Origin: Diplonema japonicum
Lineage: Eukaryota; Protista; Euglenozoa: Diplonemea
Length of the DNA stretch: 64,000 bases
Assembly: GCA_964019335.1 (NCBI GenBank)
Contig: OZ025662.1
Location: forward strand, 558,001-622,000
Reading direction: 5' to 3'
Shown: positions 43,889-54,859 of the stretch, in pieces
Position numbering within the stretch: position 1 is the stretch's first letter
How the letters are laid out: each line of letters begins with the position of its first letter
Translations under genes and position numbers: made by a program
The notes under the pieces: model-generated
Seen by the model: only the letters and a program-made list of their open reading frames with translations
What the model was told of the DNA's origin: nothing
Databases searched by the model: none

Positions 43889-44714
43889 TACAAAAAAAAA
43901 AAAAAAAATCAGGAATCTTCCTCGTACCTTGAGAACCCTGCCAGATCGTTCATCGACAAGGTCCAGCTGTATGAGGAATCGCTTTCCATGTACGAGGATG
44001 TATGTTTTTATTTAAAAAAAAAAAAAAAAATAAATAAAAAAAAAGGCCCGTGCACCGTATGTGTACCCCCTGTACGGGTTGGGGGAGCTCCCGCAGATCT
44101 TCGCGAGACTCTGTGCTGTGAATGGTGGGACCTTCATGTTGGACAAGCCTGTGACAAAGGTCCACTACGACGACAGCGGTGCCTTCCAAGGGGTGGAGTC
44201 CCAAGGGGAGATTGTAAGGGCGAAGAAGGTGGTAGGAGACCCGAGCTACTTCCAGGACAAGGCGAAGAAGATCGGGCAGACCGTAAGGTGCATTTGCATC
44301 ATGGACCATTCTATCTCGGATACCAAAGACGCGAAGAGCTGTCAGATCATCATTTCTGGTAGGGAGCTCAACAGGAAGAGCGATGTGTATGTCACCTCGT
44401 TGTCGGGGATCCACAAGGTTGTCCCTCCTGGTTTCTTCCTTGGCCTCGTCTCTACCACTGTGGAGACCTCAAACCCCGAAGAGGAGCTCAAGCCGGGTCT
44501 TGCCCTCCTTGGCAATGTCCTTGAGCGATTTGTTGAAATCTCTGACGTGTACGTCCCTGCTTCCTCAGGTCTTGATGATAATGTATTTGTGTCGAAATCT
44601 TATGATGCTTCTACCCATTTTGAGAGCACGTCTGATGATATTCTTTCGCTTTATGAGAGGCTGACGGGGGAGAAGTATGATTACAAGTCAGCGACACCTC
44701 ATCAGGAGGAATAG
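43265..44714 (+). CDS. GDI: Rab GDP-dissociation inhibitor; introns 43838-43912, 44000-44045
   Basis: MDEAYDVVILGTGLTECVLSGLL, DRNKYYGG, PYVYPLYGLGELPQ. Confidence 0.95.
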
Positions 44715-44724
44715 TGTGATGGGT

Positions 44725-44770
<46 letters not shown>

Positions 44771-45114
44771 GTGTGTTGTGAGAAAAAAAAATTTTTTTTT
44801 AAAAAAAGAAACAAAGGGGGGGAACTAAAAAAAAAGATTTTTTTCCCCCCCCGTTTTCTTCTCATTTTTTCGTATTCTTTTTTTTTATTGTGCAAAAAAA
44901 AAAAAAAAAAAAAAGGAAAAAAAAGAAATACGATGTACAAACACGTCCTTCTTCTTTTTTTTTTTCTCTTTTTTTTTTTTCCTCTTTCCCATTTTTTTGT
45001 TTCTCTCTCTCTCCCCCCCCCCTCCCTTCCCCCGGAGATTTCTTTTCCTTTATGGGATCCTTAAATGCAAGAAGAAAAAAAAAGGAACACAAAAAAAGAA
45101 AACAACAAAGAAAC

Positions 45115-45185
45115 ATGTGCACTGGTGCCGGCACCGTAGCGATAAAATATAATGAGGGTGTACTAATGGCGAGGTATGTTCGGGG

Positions 45186-45218
<33 letters not shown>

Positions 45219-45900
45219 AGTGACACACTGATCTCTTACGGAAGTATGAAGAAATTCCCCAACATGAAGAGGGCGTTCCACTTGGGGAGCAACACATGCG
45301 TGTTGACATCGGGACTTTTCGCCGACACGAAGTTCTTAATGGACGATTTGAGGGACCTGGAACTCGAGGATATGCAGTACAACGATGGGGTACACGTCAC
45401 GGGGCCCAAGAGCATTCACGCATACTTGAAGCTGGTTATGTACCAGAAGAGAAATGAGTATGGAAAAAAAAAAAAAAAAAAAAAAAAAGTTTCAACCCCT
45501 CGCTGTGCACGCTCACTGTCGGCGGCAAAGAGCCCGGTAAGGAACCTTTCCTTGGTTGGGTGGACTCTGTGGGTTCCTTTGCGACAGACAGCTGTTTTGC
45601 CTCCGGGCTCGCACACCACTTCTGCATGCCTCTCCTCTGCGACGCCACCGACAACGGCAAATGGAAATCCCTCACAAGGGAGCAGGCAACTACTGTTTTG
45701 AAGGAATGCCTAGGCGTTATGCACACCCGCCACACCTCCACCTCCGCGCGTATTCAGATAACCGACTGCACTGATGCAGGGTGCTCCACTGGTGAACCTT
45801 TCGTCATTGATTCCATTACCCAGTTTAAGGTTTGTTGGGTTGGGCAAAAAAAAAAAAAAAAAAAAAAAAACAGGGACAAGCGCAGCAAGACTACCTGTAG
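45115..45900 (+). CDS. PSMB4: 20S proteasome beta7 subunit; introns 45174-45220, 45458-45489, 45830-45873
   Basis: Spliced: CTGAGTVAIKYNEGVLMASDTLISYGSMKKF..MYQKRNDFNP..PFLGWVDSVG. Confidence 0.9.
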
Positions 45901-46506
45901 GGTTCTTTTCTTTTTTAAAACGGTTTGGTGTTTTTTTTTTTTTTTAAATCCCCACCCCCTCTTTTTTTTTAAATATGCTAGAGTCTACACATACTTTGTT
46001 TTCTTTTTCTTTTTTCTAGAAGACGGAAAAAAAAAGAAGGGAGGGGGGGGGGGGACAAAGAGAAAATTAAAGGAAGTGTGTTTTCTTTTTTCTTTCACTC
46101 ATAAAGGACCGCTGTTTTTTTCTTTCTTTTTTTGGCCTAAAAGAAAAGAAGATTTTGGACTTTTGGGTCCGGGATAAAAATAAAACGGCGAGGCTGGGGG
46201 GACAATAGACAATGAAAGATCAATTCTGGTCCTTTATGGGTTAACAATGTTCTCATGATGGAGAGTACAACCCTTTTTTTTTTAGAAGTGAGATGGGCGG
46301 CAACCTATCCATGCTTGAGTGAACTTTAAAAATAACTTTTTTTTTTTTTTTTTTTTATGTTTTCCTATTTTCCTATCCCATAACATTAGTGTGGAATAAG
46401 TATGTTTTTTATCTTCTTTTTTTTTCTTCTCTCTCTCTCGTCCCTTCCCATCCCCACGAATCCAACAAAAAGAAAAGGAGAACAAAAGAGCAGACGATGT
46501 GACAAG

Positions 46507-48557
46507 ATGTCCGAGGCAAAAAAGGCTTTTAAGATACAGGAGTTTATGGCAAACTCACCGGAGGTGCTGTGTGCGAGGTTTAGTTGTAAAGGACAAGCAT
46601 TGCTCGCAACGGGTGGGAGCGATTTCAGAGTAGGGGTGTGGAGAAATAGTGCGGCTTATAGTTGTGTAGCGAACCTGAGTGGGCCGACTTCTCCAGTGAG
46701 CGCAGTGGCGTTCAGCCCTTCAGGTAATGCCGAGCAAAACGAAAGCATCGTAGGGGGCGACCATCAAGGCGTGCTTCGAATATGGGATCTCGCAAAACAA
46801 CAAGAAATCCGACGTTATAGCACCTCCTGCCACAAGGCAGCCGTCACCTCACTCGATTACCATCCTTTCGGAGATTTTTTCGTGTCCTCGTCACACGACG
46901 GTAACATAAAAGTCTGGGATCTACGCAAAAAAACATGCTTGCAAACCTACAAATACCAAGAGGGCAAGGACAAGGGTAACCCTTCCGTCAGCTGCGTCCG
47001 GTTTTCCCCAGACGGGCGGATGGTTGCCTCGGGGAATGCTGATGGGACGGTCATCCTGTGGGACCTGACCAAGGGGAAGCGGCTGCACACAATACGCCAT
47101 CACACGCAGCCTATAAATTGCATCGACTTCCACCCGCAAGAGTTCATCCTCAGTGTGGGGTCACGCGACGGCACAGTGTCGTACTGGAACATCGAGGCTG
47201 ACAACTGGGCGCCCATATCGCAGACCCAGCCTACACGGGGCGCCAATGGTGTCCACTCCGTCGCCTTCTCAACAAATGGAAGCGCGCTCCTCTCGTGCCA
47301 CGAGCAGGGCCTCGATGTGTGGGGCTGGGGCGATGTGCAGCACCATGACTCCATCTCGCAGAACTTCCAAAACGTAGGTGCCATCGCCATCAACAACACG
47401 GGCAAGCACGAGCTGTACGTTGCGTCCTTTGTCAAGTCCTTCGTCACCATCTGCTCTGTCAACATCAACAGCCTTGCGCCCTTCAAGGTCGCCTCAAGCA
47501 ACGATGCTAAGTCGTCCGCCTCCGCGTTACAGAAACCACAACAAGAACTGCCCCCACCTGGGCGCATGGAAAGGGAGAGGGACCCGCTTCCACCCAAACG
47601 AGCCGCTACGGAGGGCGTGATAGATAGGGAAAGAGAAAGAGAAAGAGAAAGAGAAAGGGAAAGGGAAAGGGAAAGAGAGCGGGAAAGGGAGCAGGAAAAG
47701 GAAAGAGATCGCGAGAGGATGAAGGAGCGGATGGAGCGCGTGGAGTCGGCACCGTCTCTGAAATCTGATGCGAAGCTAAGAGAGGAGTTCAAGCAAGACA
47801 TACCGGAACCGGCCTTCGGACGCCGTGCAACAACACCGCCGTCAACGGACCCCAGGTACCATGACCAGAGGATTGCCCGGCGACGGGAGGAACACGTGAA
47901 GGCCACACCAGGGTCCGTGACAGTACCGTCGTCGAATCAGGAGGCGGCGATTATGGCGCAGCAGGAAGGATACCACTCGCTGCAGATTCTGTCATACAGA
48001 CTCATGCACGTCAAGGTAACGAAGTCGCTTTGGGCAACGGACCCAAGGGACGCGGTGCAGCACCTCCTCGATGCTTACCCATCGGACCCAGGCATCGCAG
48101 CAGACGTGTTGGGCACCCTGGGGCAGAGCAAGGTCAAAAGGGCTCTGACGCTGGACCTATGTTGGTATGAATTTTTTTTGGTTGCCCTTCTTAATTATTT
48201 ACAACACAGCATCCTCACCTTCATAGCCGCTGACCTGCTTCAGGACAGGTTTGAGCCGTACATCTCTGCAGCAGTAAGAGCTGCCTCTATCATGTTGGCT
48301 GTGTTTGGAAGTCCTATGGGAAGGATTATACGGCAGGTTTGTGATAATCTTTTTTTTTCGCAAACCGCAAAAAAAAATGTAATAATATAATAATAATAAA
48401 GGGAGCACGGGGGGACGATGACGGCCGCCTGGAGAAGTACCAGGTCCTGTCGCAGCACTTCCGGTCTATGAGGGAACGGTTACGTGTTGTGAAGGAACAA
48501 AGCAAGATTTCTGGTGACGAGGCTGCCCAACTGCTTAAGGATATCGAGGCAATTTAG
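46507..48557 (+). CDS. KATNB1: Katanin p80 WD40 subunit; introns 48165-48209, 48337-48401
   Basis: KIQEFMA, LDYHPFGDFF, RFSPDG and DFHPQEFIL WD repeats; RE-dipeptide linker; con80-like C-terminus (LTLDLC). Confidence 0.9.
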
Positions 48558-48987
48558 AATTTCCCCCCCCCCCATTTTTCTCCCCTTCCCCTCCCTTCTT
48601 CCCATGCCCCCCATTTTTTTCAGTTACAAGAAACAACGGGAGAGAAAGCTGCAATACAATCGTTGTCACCGCCATGTTTTGACGTTGGACACAACTGGAT
48701 ATTTAGATTAGCAGGCCAAGGAGGGGCCGTACATAGCAAAGCGCAAACCGGTAAATAGATGCAAAAAGGAAGAATTCCCTCCACCCTGTTTGCTTTTTTT
48801 TTCTTCTCCAGAATCCCTTCCCCTCCCCCCCCTGTTTTATTTTAGCTTGCGCTGGGGGGGGGGGACTTTTCGGTGAGTAGTTACAAGCAAACCCCGCCCC
48901 TTTTTTTATTATTTAAAACCTTTTATCCCCTCCCTAATTTATTTTATTCCATTTTCAGAGGGGGACGAAAAAAAAAAAAAGAGGAAA

Positions 48988-50032
48988 ATGTTACGAGGAC
49001 TGGGACGTGCGTTCGGGTCGCAAAAGAGGAACACGACGATCCTATGTGTTAGAAAGGGGACGAAAGTGGTTATCATGGGTGACCAACAGGTGACTCTTGG
49101 GGAAAAGTACGTGGCGAAGGCGACAACTAAGAAGCTGAGGAGAGCCGGGGACAGTGTGATGGTGGGTTTCGCAGGGAGCACCGCAGATGCAATGACCCTG
49201 CTTGAAAAGCTGGAGAGCAAGCTGACGGAGTTCCCTGGGCAGCTTTTGCGGGCATGCGTAGAGCTTGCCAAGGAGTGGAGAGGCGACAAGGCCATGAGGC
49301 AACTGAACTGCTCGATGATCGTGGCGAACGACAGCGAATCCCTTGAAATCGATGGTCTCGGCAACGTGATCACCCCAGAGGTGGACGGTGTGCTGGCCAT
49401 CGGGTCAGGGGGTATGTTCGCAAAGTCCGCTGCAAGGGCCCTCGTCGATATTGAAGGGTATTTTAAAAAAAAAAAAAAAAAAAAAAAACAATAAATAAAA
49501 TATTAAAAAAAAAAATAACATCACAGGATGGACGCAGAAGCGATATGCCGGAAATCCATGAAGGTGGCCACATCCATAGATGTCTTCAGCAATGACAACT
49601 ACAACATCGACAGCCTCGAAAAGACAGAAGAGTCGGAGAAGAAGAAGAAGGAGGACAAAGGTATTTAAAAAAATAAAGAAAAAGTGAGGAAATATAAAAT
49701 ACCCACAGATAAGGCAGCAAGCTCCGAGACGCTTAAGGTCGAGCCTAAGATCACCCCCACCAAGGATGGGGCGTCTGGAGGTGGTTCCACCACATCCACG
49801 ACTGAGAAAAAAGGAAAGAAGGGAAGCAAAGGTGGGGATGCTGGTGTACAGGCTGTTCTTGAAAGGCATGAGGAGATGGTGATGCAGAGGGTGGAGGTAT
49901 AAAAGAAAGGGGAAATAAGAATAAAAACTATCCTTCCCTTCACAGGATCTGCTTAACAAGCGAATGGGAGGCTCCTCAGGAGTGGAGAGCAACCGCTTCC
50001 TTGGCGGGGACATCGACCCTAGATATTCTTAA
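48988..50032 (+). CDS. hslV: Mitochondrial HslV (ClpQ) protease with C-terminal extension; introns 49458-49526, 49661-49708, 49897-49945
   Basis: Presequence then [31 protein letters not shown]. Confidence 0.9.
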
Positions 50033-50672
50033 GCGTGACGGGGAAGTAAGTAGAAGGAGAAGAAAAAAAAGATTTTTTTTTCTTCCCCCCATCTTTTTCC
50101 CTTATTCTGAAATATGTTTTTTTAATTTACCAATAGAGACTTGGTGTTTCCTTTTTTTTTTTTTTTTTTTTCCTGCCGTCGGCTCGTGGGGAAAATATCT
50201 AGAAAAAAAAGGGGGTGGGGGGGGGGAGAGGAAAATCCGGGAACCAACAAGATCCTCCTTTCAGGAGGGAGGGGTACAGCATTTGGGAAAAGAGTGGAAA
50301 CTGGGGGGGAAATGGTTTTCATTGTTTTGTTAGTTAGCTCACCCCTTCCCCTTCACCTTTGCTTTTTTTTTTTTTGTTTTTTTTTTTGTTTTGTTTCTCT
50401 TGTTGATGCAAGGAGTGTTTTTCTTTTTTAAGGGGGTGCTTCCCCCATATCCCTCTGATTCTCTATAATAATAACAACCCATTCCCCCCCTTTTTTTTTC
50501 ACGGGAAAAAAAGAGAAAAAAAGATTGTATTAAAAAAAGAAAAAAAAAAAAAAAAGACAACGATGGGAAAGGGGTAGTGTGCTTCCTTTTTTTTAAAAGC
50601 TTTTTTCCTTCTCTTCTCTATTGTCTTTTTACAACGAACAAAGCCCCCCACACACAGAAGCACCCCGAGAAG

Positions 50673-52796
50673 ATGTCGGTCCTCATCAAAGGAGGTGTGG
50701 TGGTGAACGATGACAGAGAGTTCGAGGCGGACGTGCTTGTGAAAGGGGATAAGATTGCAGAAGTAGGGAAAGATATAAAGGCAGACGGTGTCGAGAAGGT
50801 GATTAACGCGAAGGGGAAGTACATAGTCCCTGGTGGCATTGACACACACACACACATGCAGCTTCCTTTCATGGGAACGAAGAGTGTCGACGATTTCGAT
50901 TTCGGCACGCGTGCTGCTGTAGCCGGAGGCACAACCATGCTCCTTGACTTCATCCTCCCTGGCAAGGGTGTGTCTCTTCTGAAGGCATACGACGACTGGC
51001 GTTCATGGGCGGACCCCAAGGTGAACTGCGACTACTCGTTCCACTGTGCTGTGACATGGTGGTCGGAGGAGGTCTCGAGAGAGATGGAGATCCTTGTCAA
51101 GGAACGTGGTGTGAACAGCTTCAAGATCTTCATGGCGTACAAAGGTGTCTTCATGCTGCGTGACGACGAGATCTACGCCGCCTTCACACGCTGTAAGGAG
51201 CTCGGCGCCCTAGCACAGGTCCATGCTGAGAACGGCGATATCATTGACATCCAACAGAAGAAACTCCTGAAAATGGGCATCACAGGCCCGGAGGGGCACT
51301 GCATGTGCAGGCCTGCCGACGTGGAAGGCGAGGCCACGACACGCGCGATCATGATCGCCGACCAGGTCAACACACCTGTGTACATCGTGCACGTCATGTC
51401 GAAGGAAGCCTGCGACGCCATTGCAAGAGCGCGGGCAGAGGGCAAGGTCTGCTTCGGCGAGCCCATCGCAGCAGGGCTTGGCACAGACGGCACCAACTGC
51501 TGGTCGCATGACTGGCGCCATGCCTCGGCGTTCGTCATGGGCCCCCCTCTCCGTCCCGACCCCACTGTCAAGTGTCATTTAATGAAGGGCTTGGCGTCAG
51601 GTGTGCTGGCATGCGTGGGGACGGACAACTGCACCTTTAACGCGGACCAAAAGGCGTTGGGGAAGGACGACTTCTCGAAGATCCCGAATGGGGTGAACGG
51701 GATAGAAGACAGGATGTCTGTTGTGTGGGAGAAAGGTGTCAAGACAGGGCTGCTGTCCAAGCAGCAGTTCGTGGCTGCTACCAGCTCGACAGCTGCCAAG
51801 ATTTTCAACATGTACCCCCAAAAGGGGAGGATCGAGGTAGGGGCTGACGCTGATATCGTTGTGTGGGAAGACAAGAAGAGGAAGATCTCGAAAGACACCC
51901 ACCACCATGCAGTCGACTTTAACATCTTCGAAGGCATGGAGGTGCACGGAGTGGCACACACCACCCTCTCAAGGGGCAAGGTCGTGTGGGAGAACGGAAA
52001 GCTCGCCATTAAGAACGGCACTGGGAGGTTCGTGGCACGCAAGCCTTTCTCACCATACTGCTACGACAAGGTGTGGAAACACAAAAAAAAAAATAGCTAT
52101 TTACTGCCAACAAGTAATGACTTTACCGTTACCTCGAGGTTCCGCATTTTACCGTCGAGGGCCCGCAAAGGTTACAATACAAGTTGTTTTCCCTCCTTTT
52201 GTTGACTAAGAGCTGCCGCTGTCGCTGGCATTGCCACTGTCACCATCTCTAATCAGGCCTTCCCATACCTGGCGCGGCCGCTGGCTCCTTTTTTTCTGCT
52301 GCTTCGGTATTTTGAAGTCATTTGGGGAGCTTGGGTAAGCTGACTAAGTTACCCTTACCCACAGAAGAGTTACCCCCAGAAACTGGGAACAAGGCCTAGC
52401 CAAAAGTGGGCAAATTGGGAGGAAAAAGTAGTCCAACTTGGAACTGAGCCGAGGCAAAAGTTGGCCAATTGAACTGAACCTGGGGGGAAATAGCAAACTG
52501 AGAGGAAGAAGTAGCCCCACTGGGAACCGAACCGAGGCAAAAATTGGCCTACCGAGGCATATTATTTAACGGAAACCCCCTATTACTTCACGGAAAACAG
52601 GCCATTATTTCACCGTGAAGTAATGAGATTTAGCGTGAAGTAATGGGCCCCCCAGTGCGTGAAGTAATTTCTGAAGAGTGAAATAAAAAAAAAAAAAAAA
52701 AAAAAAAAAAAACAGATACAGCCTCGTGAAGCTGAACGTGCACCTAAAAGGGTGAAGCGCGATCCTTACACTGGACCTGTTATCAAACTGAAATAA
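50673..52796 (+). CDS. DPYS: Dihydropyrimidinase; 645-nt intron 52071-52715
   Basis: [32 protein letters not shown]; last exon [26 protein letters not shown] resembles the family C-terminus. Confidence 0.92.
52380..52560 (+). repeat. Degenerate direct repeats (~55 bp) inside the DPYS intron
   Basis: AAATTGGGAGGAAAAAGTAGTCCAACTTGGAACTGAGCCGAGGCAAAAGTTGGCC vs AAACTGAGAGGAAGAAGTAGCCCCACTGGGAACCGAACCGAGGCAAAAATTGGCC. Confidence 0.7.
52560..52686. repeat. Array of the 11-mer CGTGAAGTAAT in direct and inverted orientation
   Basis: Direct copies at 52614, 52634 and 52658; inverted ATTACTTCACG at 52582-52592; degenerate copies flanking. Confidence 0.75.
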
Positions 52797-53398
52797 AATA
52801 AAAAGAAACATGGTTACATGGTCAAAAAGAAATAGTTTTAGTTTTTTTTACGCCCTTTAACGAAGTAGAATACGGAACAGGGGGGGGGGGGGGGGACAAG
52901 ATACAGGGGTTTTTTTAAAAAGAAGTATGAAAAGAAAAGAGACTGACTTGTCATAATACAAGGGGAGTTAAACAAATGACTTTTCATTTTATTTTAACGT
53001 GTTTAAAAGATTTAACGGTGCGGTAGAAAAAAAAGGGAGCTATGTTTGGCAAGAAACGGGGAAACGTTTCCGTTTCCTTGCCAACACAGCCCCCAGGGGG
53101 AACTGGTCGATTGTACCTGTTAGGAGTAGTCTGAATGAGTTTAAAAAGAAAAGAAGCTTAAAAAAAAAAAAAGGAGGGGGGACAATTTCACAGAATTACA
53201 CCACTTTTCTATATTCTTTTTTGAATCACACACCCGCCATTATGGCAAGTGTTGATCGGCTTTTTTTTTTCCCTTTTTTCTCTTTGGCTTTTTTTTTTTT
53301 GCTTTGTTGCTCAAATACTCTCCCTTTTTTTTTTTTTTTTTTTTCAAATCTTCACTTTTACTTTTCTGCGCCACCAACAAACAGGAAGCTCTAGTAAG

Positions 53399-54664
53399 AT
53401 GTCTGTCGTGACCCTGCAAGTCGGCCAGTGTGGGAACCAGGTGGGGAAAAGCATATTCACGCAACTGGTGAGCAGCATCGAAGGAGGGGGAGAAGAGGAA
53501 GGATCCCGAACTGAGGAAATGTACTTCCGGAGGGGACGAAAGGGCAAAAGCAAACGGGTGGCACGTGCAGTAATGATCGACATGGAGCCTAAGGTGGTGG
53601 AGAGAGCAGTTGGGGAGGCACGGCGGGAGGGAAAGTTCGAATACAATGGAACCTCGCTTCAGAAGCAGGAAGGGTCGGCAAACAACTGGGCGTACGGCTA
53701 CAGTGTGCAGAGCCTGTGCAGCATGGAGGGCATCGTGGAGGACATACAAAAGGAAGTAGAAACAGTGGACAGCCTGAACGGATTCATGATGGTACACAGC
53801 GTGGCAGGGGGCACCGGGAGCGGCGTCGGCTCACACCTGTCAGAGGTTCTGTCGGACCTGTACTGCGGGGTGCCTTTGGCGACGGCATCAGTGCTCCCTT
53901 TGCAAACAGGAGAGATCACAACACAGCACTACAACTGTCTCCTGACATTAGCACACCTGCAGAGGTACTCCGATGTGTCTGTCTTGATGGACAACACGAG
54001 GCTCTTGAAGCACTTCGAGAAGCAGCAACAAGGTGGTGGAAAGAACAACAACGGGCCAAAGACAATGGCGGAAGGGTTTGAGGGGATAAACCAGCAGATG
54101 GCATGGGAGGTGTGCGGGGGAGTACTGCTCCCTGGTAAGATGGGGGGGAGGAGGATGCGGCTGCTGCACGATTTCGTGGACGTGACGGTCCCCACTGTGG
54201 ACAGGAAGTTCGTGACGTTGTACACAACGCAGCAGCCTGACGGGGGACAACCCAGCTCGTGGAATGTGGAACTGAGGCAGCTGTCGCGGCAGGCAGGGGT
54301 AGCAACAGGGAGAACCGGCGCGGAGCCACCCCCGTCTCTGCTGTCCCTTCGGGGGCACATCGAAAAGCCCGCCCAGGGGCTGTCAAAGGTGGAGGTATCG
54401 ACACCGTCATCACTGTTCGGACCAAACTGCCAGACGCTGACAGGAGTGGCCCTCGACGTCCGTGGTGTGACGCACGGCTCAGGCTTCCTCGCCTCAAATA
54501 GCCCTGCGGTGACAGGCCTCCTCGACAAGATACGCGGGCGTGCCTTCGAGATGGTTTCGTGCGGTGCCTACCTTCACCACTTCCAGAAGTACGGCGTAGA
54601 GAAAGATGACTGCCTCACTGCCCTCGACACCTTGAAGCAGGTCGTCAAGGACTACGAAGGCTGA
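53399..54664 (+). CDS. TUBD1: Delta-tubulin
   Basis: MSVVTLQVGQCGNQVG, ARAVMIDMEPKVV, GSANNWAYGY, SVAGGTGSG, AYLHHFQKYG. Confidence 0.9.
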   Translation: MSVVTLQVGQCGNQVGKSIFTQLVSSIEGGGEEEGSRTEEMYFRRGRKGKSKRVARAVMIDMEPKVVERAVGEARREGKFEYNGTSLQKQEGSANNWAYGYSVQSLCSMEGIVEDIQKEVETVDSLNGFMMVHSVAGGTGSGVGSHLSEVLSDLYCGVPLATASVLPLQTGEITTQHYNCLLTLAHLQRYSDVSVLMDNTRLLKHFEKQQQGGGKNNNGPKTMAEGFEGINQQMAWEVCGGVLLPGKMGGRRMRLLHDFVDVTVPTVDRKFVTLYTTQQPDGGQPSSWNVELRQLSRQAGVATGRTGAEPPPSLLSLRGHIEKPAQGLSKVEVSTPSSLFGPNCQTLTGVALDVRGVTHGSGFLASNSPAVTGLLDKIRGRAFEMVSCGAYLHHFQKYGVEKDDCLTALDTLKQVVKDYEG

Positions 54665-54859
54665 CCATGCTCTCTTTCCTGTCCTTCGTGTCTCGAGGCC
54701 TCCTTCTTTCCAGCAAGGCCAGCACACGCTGAATGGTTGTTCTCATATTTCTTTTCTGTTACAGACAGAGACTCACGCCACAAGGCGGTCCTCAGGTGGA
54801 TTGTCTTGTCCTTTTTATCTCCCATTTGAACGCCTTAACACTTTTTCCAGGTGATTCCA

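Noticed and set aside
43838-45489. Apparent frameshifts or pseudogenes in GDI and PSMB4 (also HslV, VID27, Ca channel)
   Set aside because: All resolved by canonical GT-AG micro-introns; no need for frameshifting, editing or non-canonical introns
47620-47740. GAAAGA/GAAAGG repeat
   Set aside because: Ordinary RE-dipeptide low-complexity linker within katanin p80
52582-52668. Spaced 11-mer repeats superficially like a CRISPR array
   Set aside because: Repeats and spacers too short, mixed orientation, inside a eukaryotic intron, no cas genes
45115-54664. Possible functional clustering (proteasome beta7 with HslV; katanin with delta-tubulin)
   Set aside because: Interspersed with unrelated genes; adjacency in co-directional clusters is weak evidence
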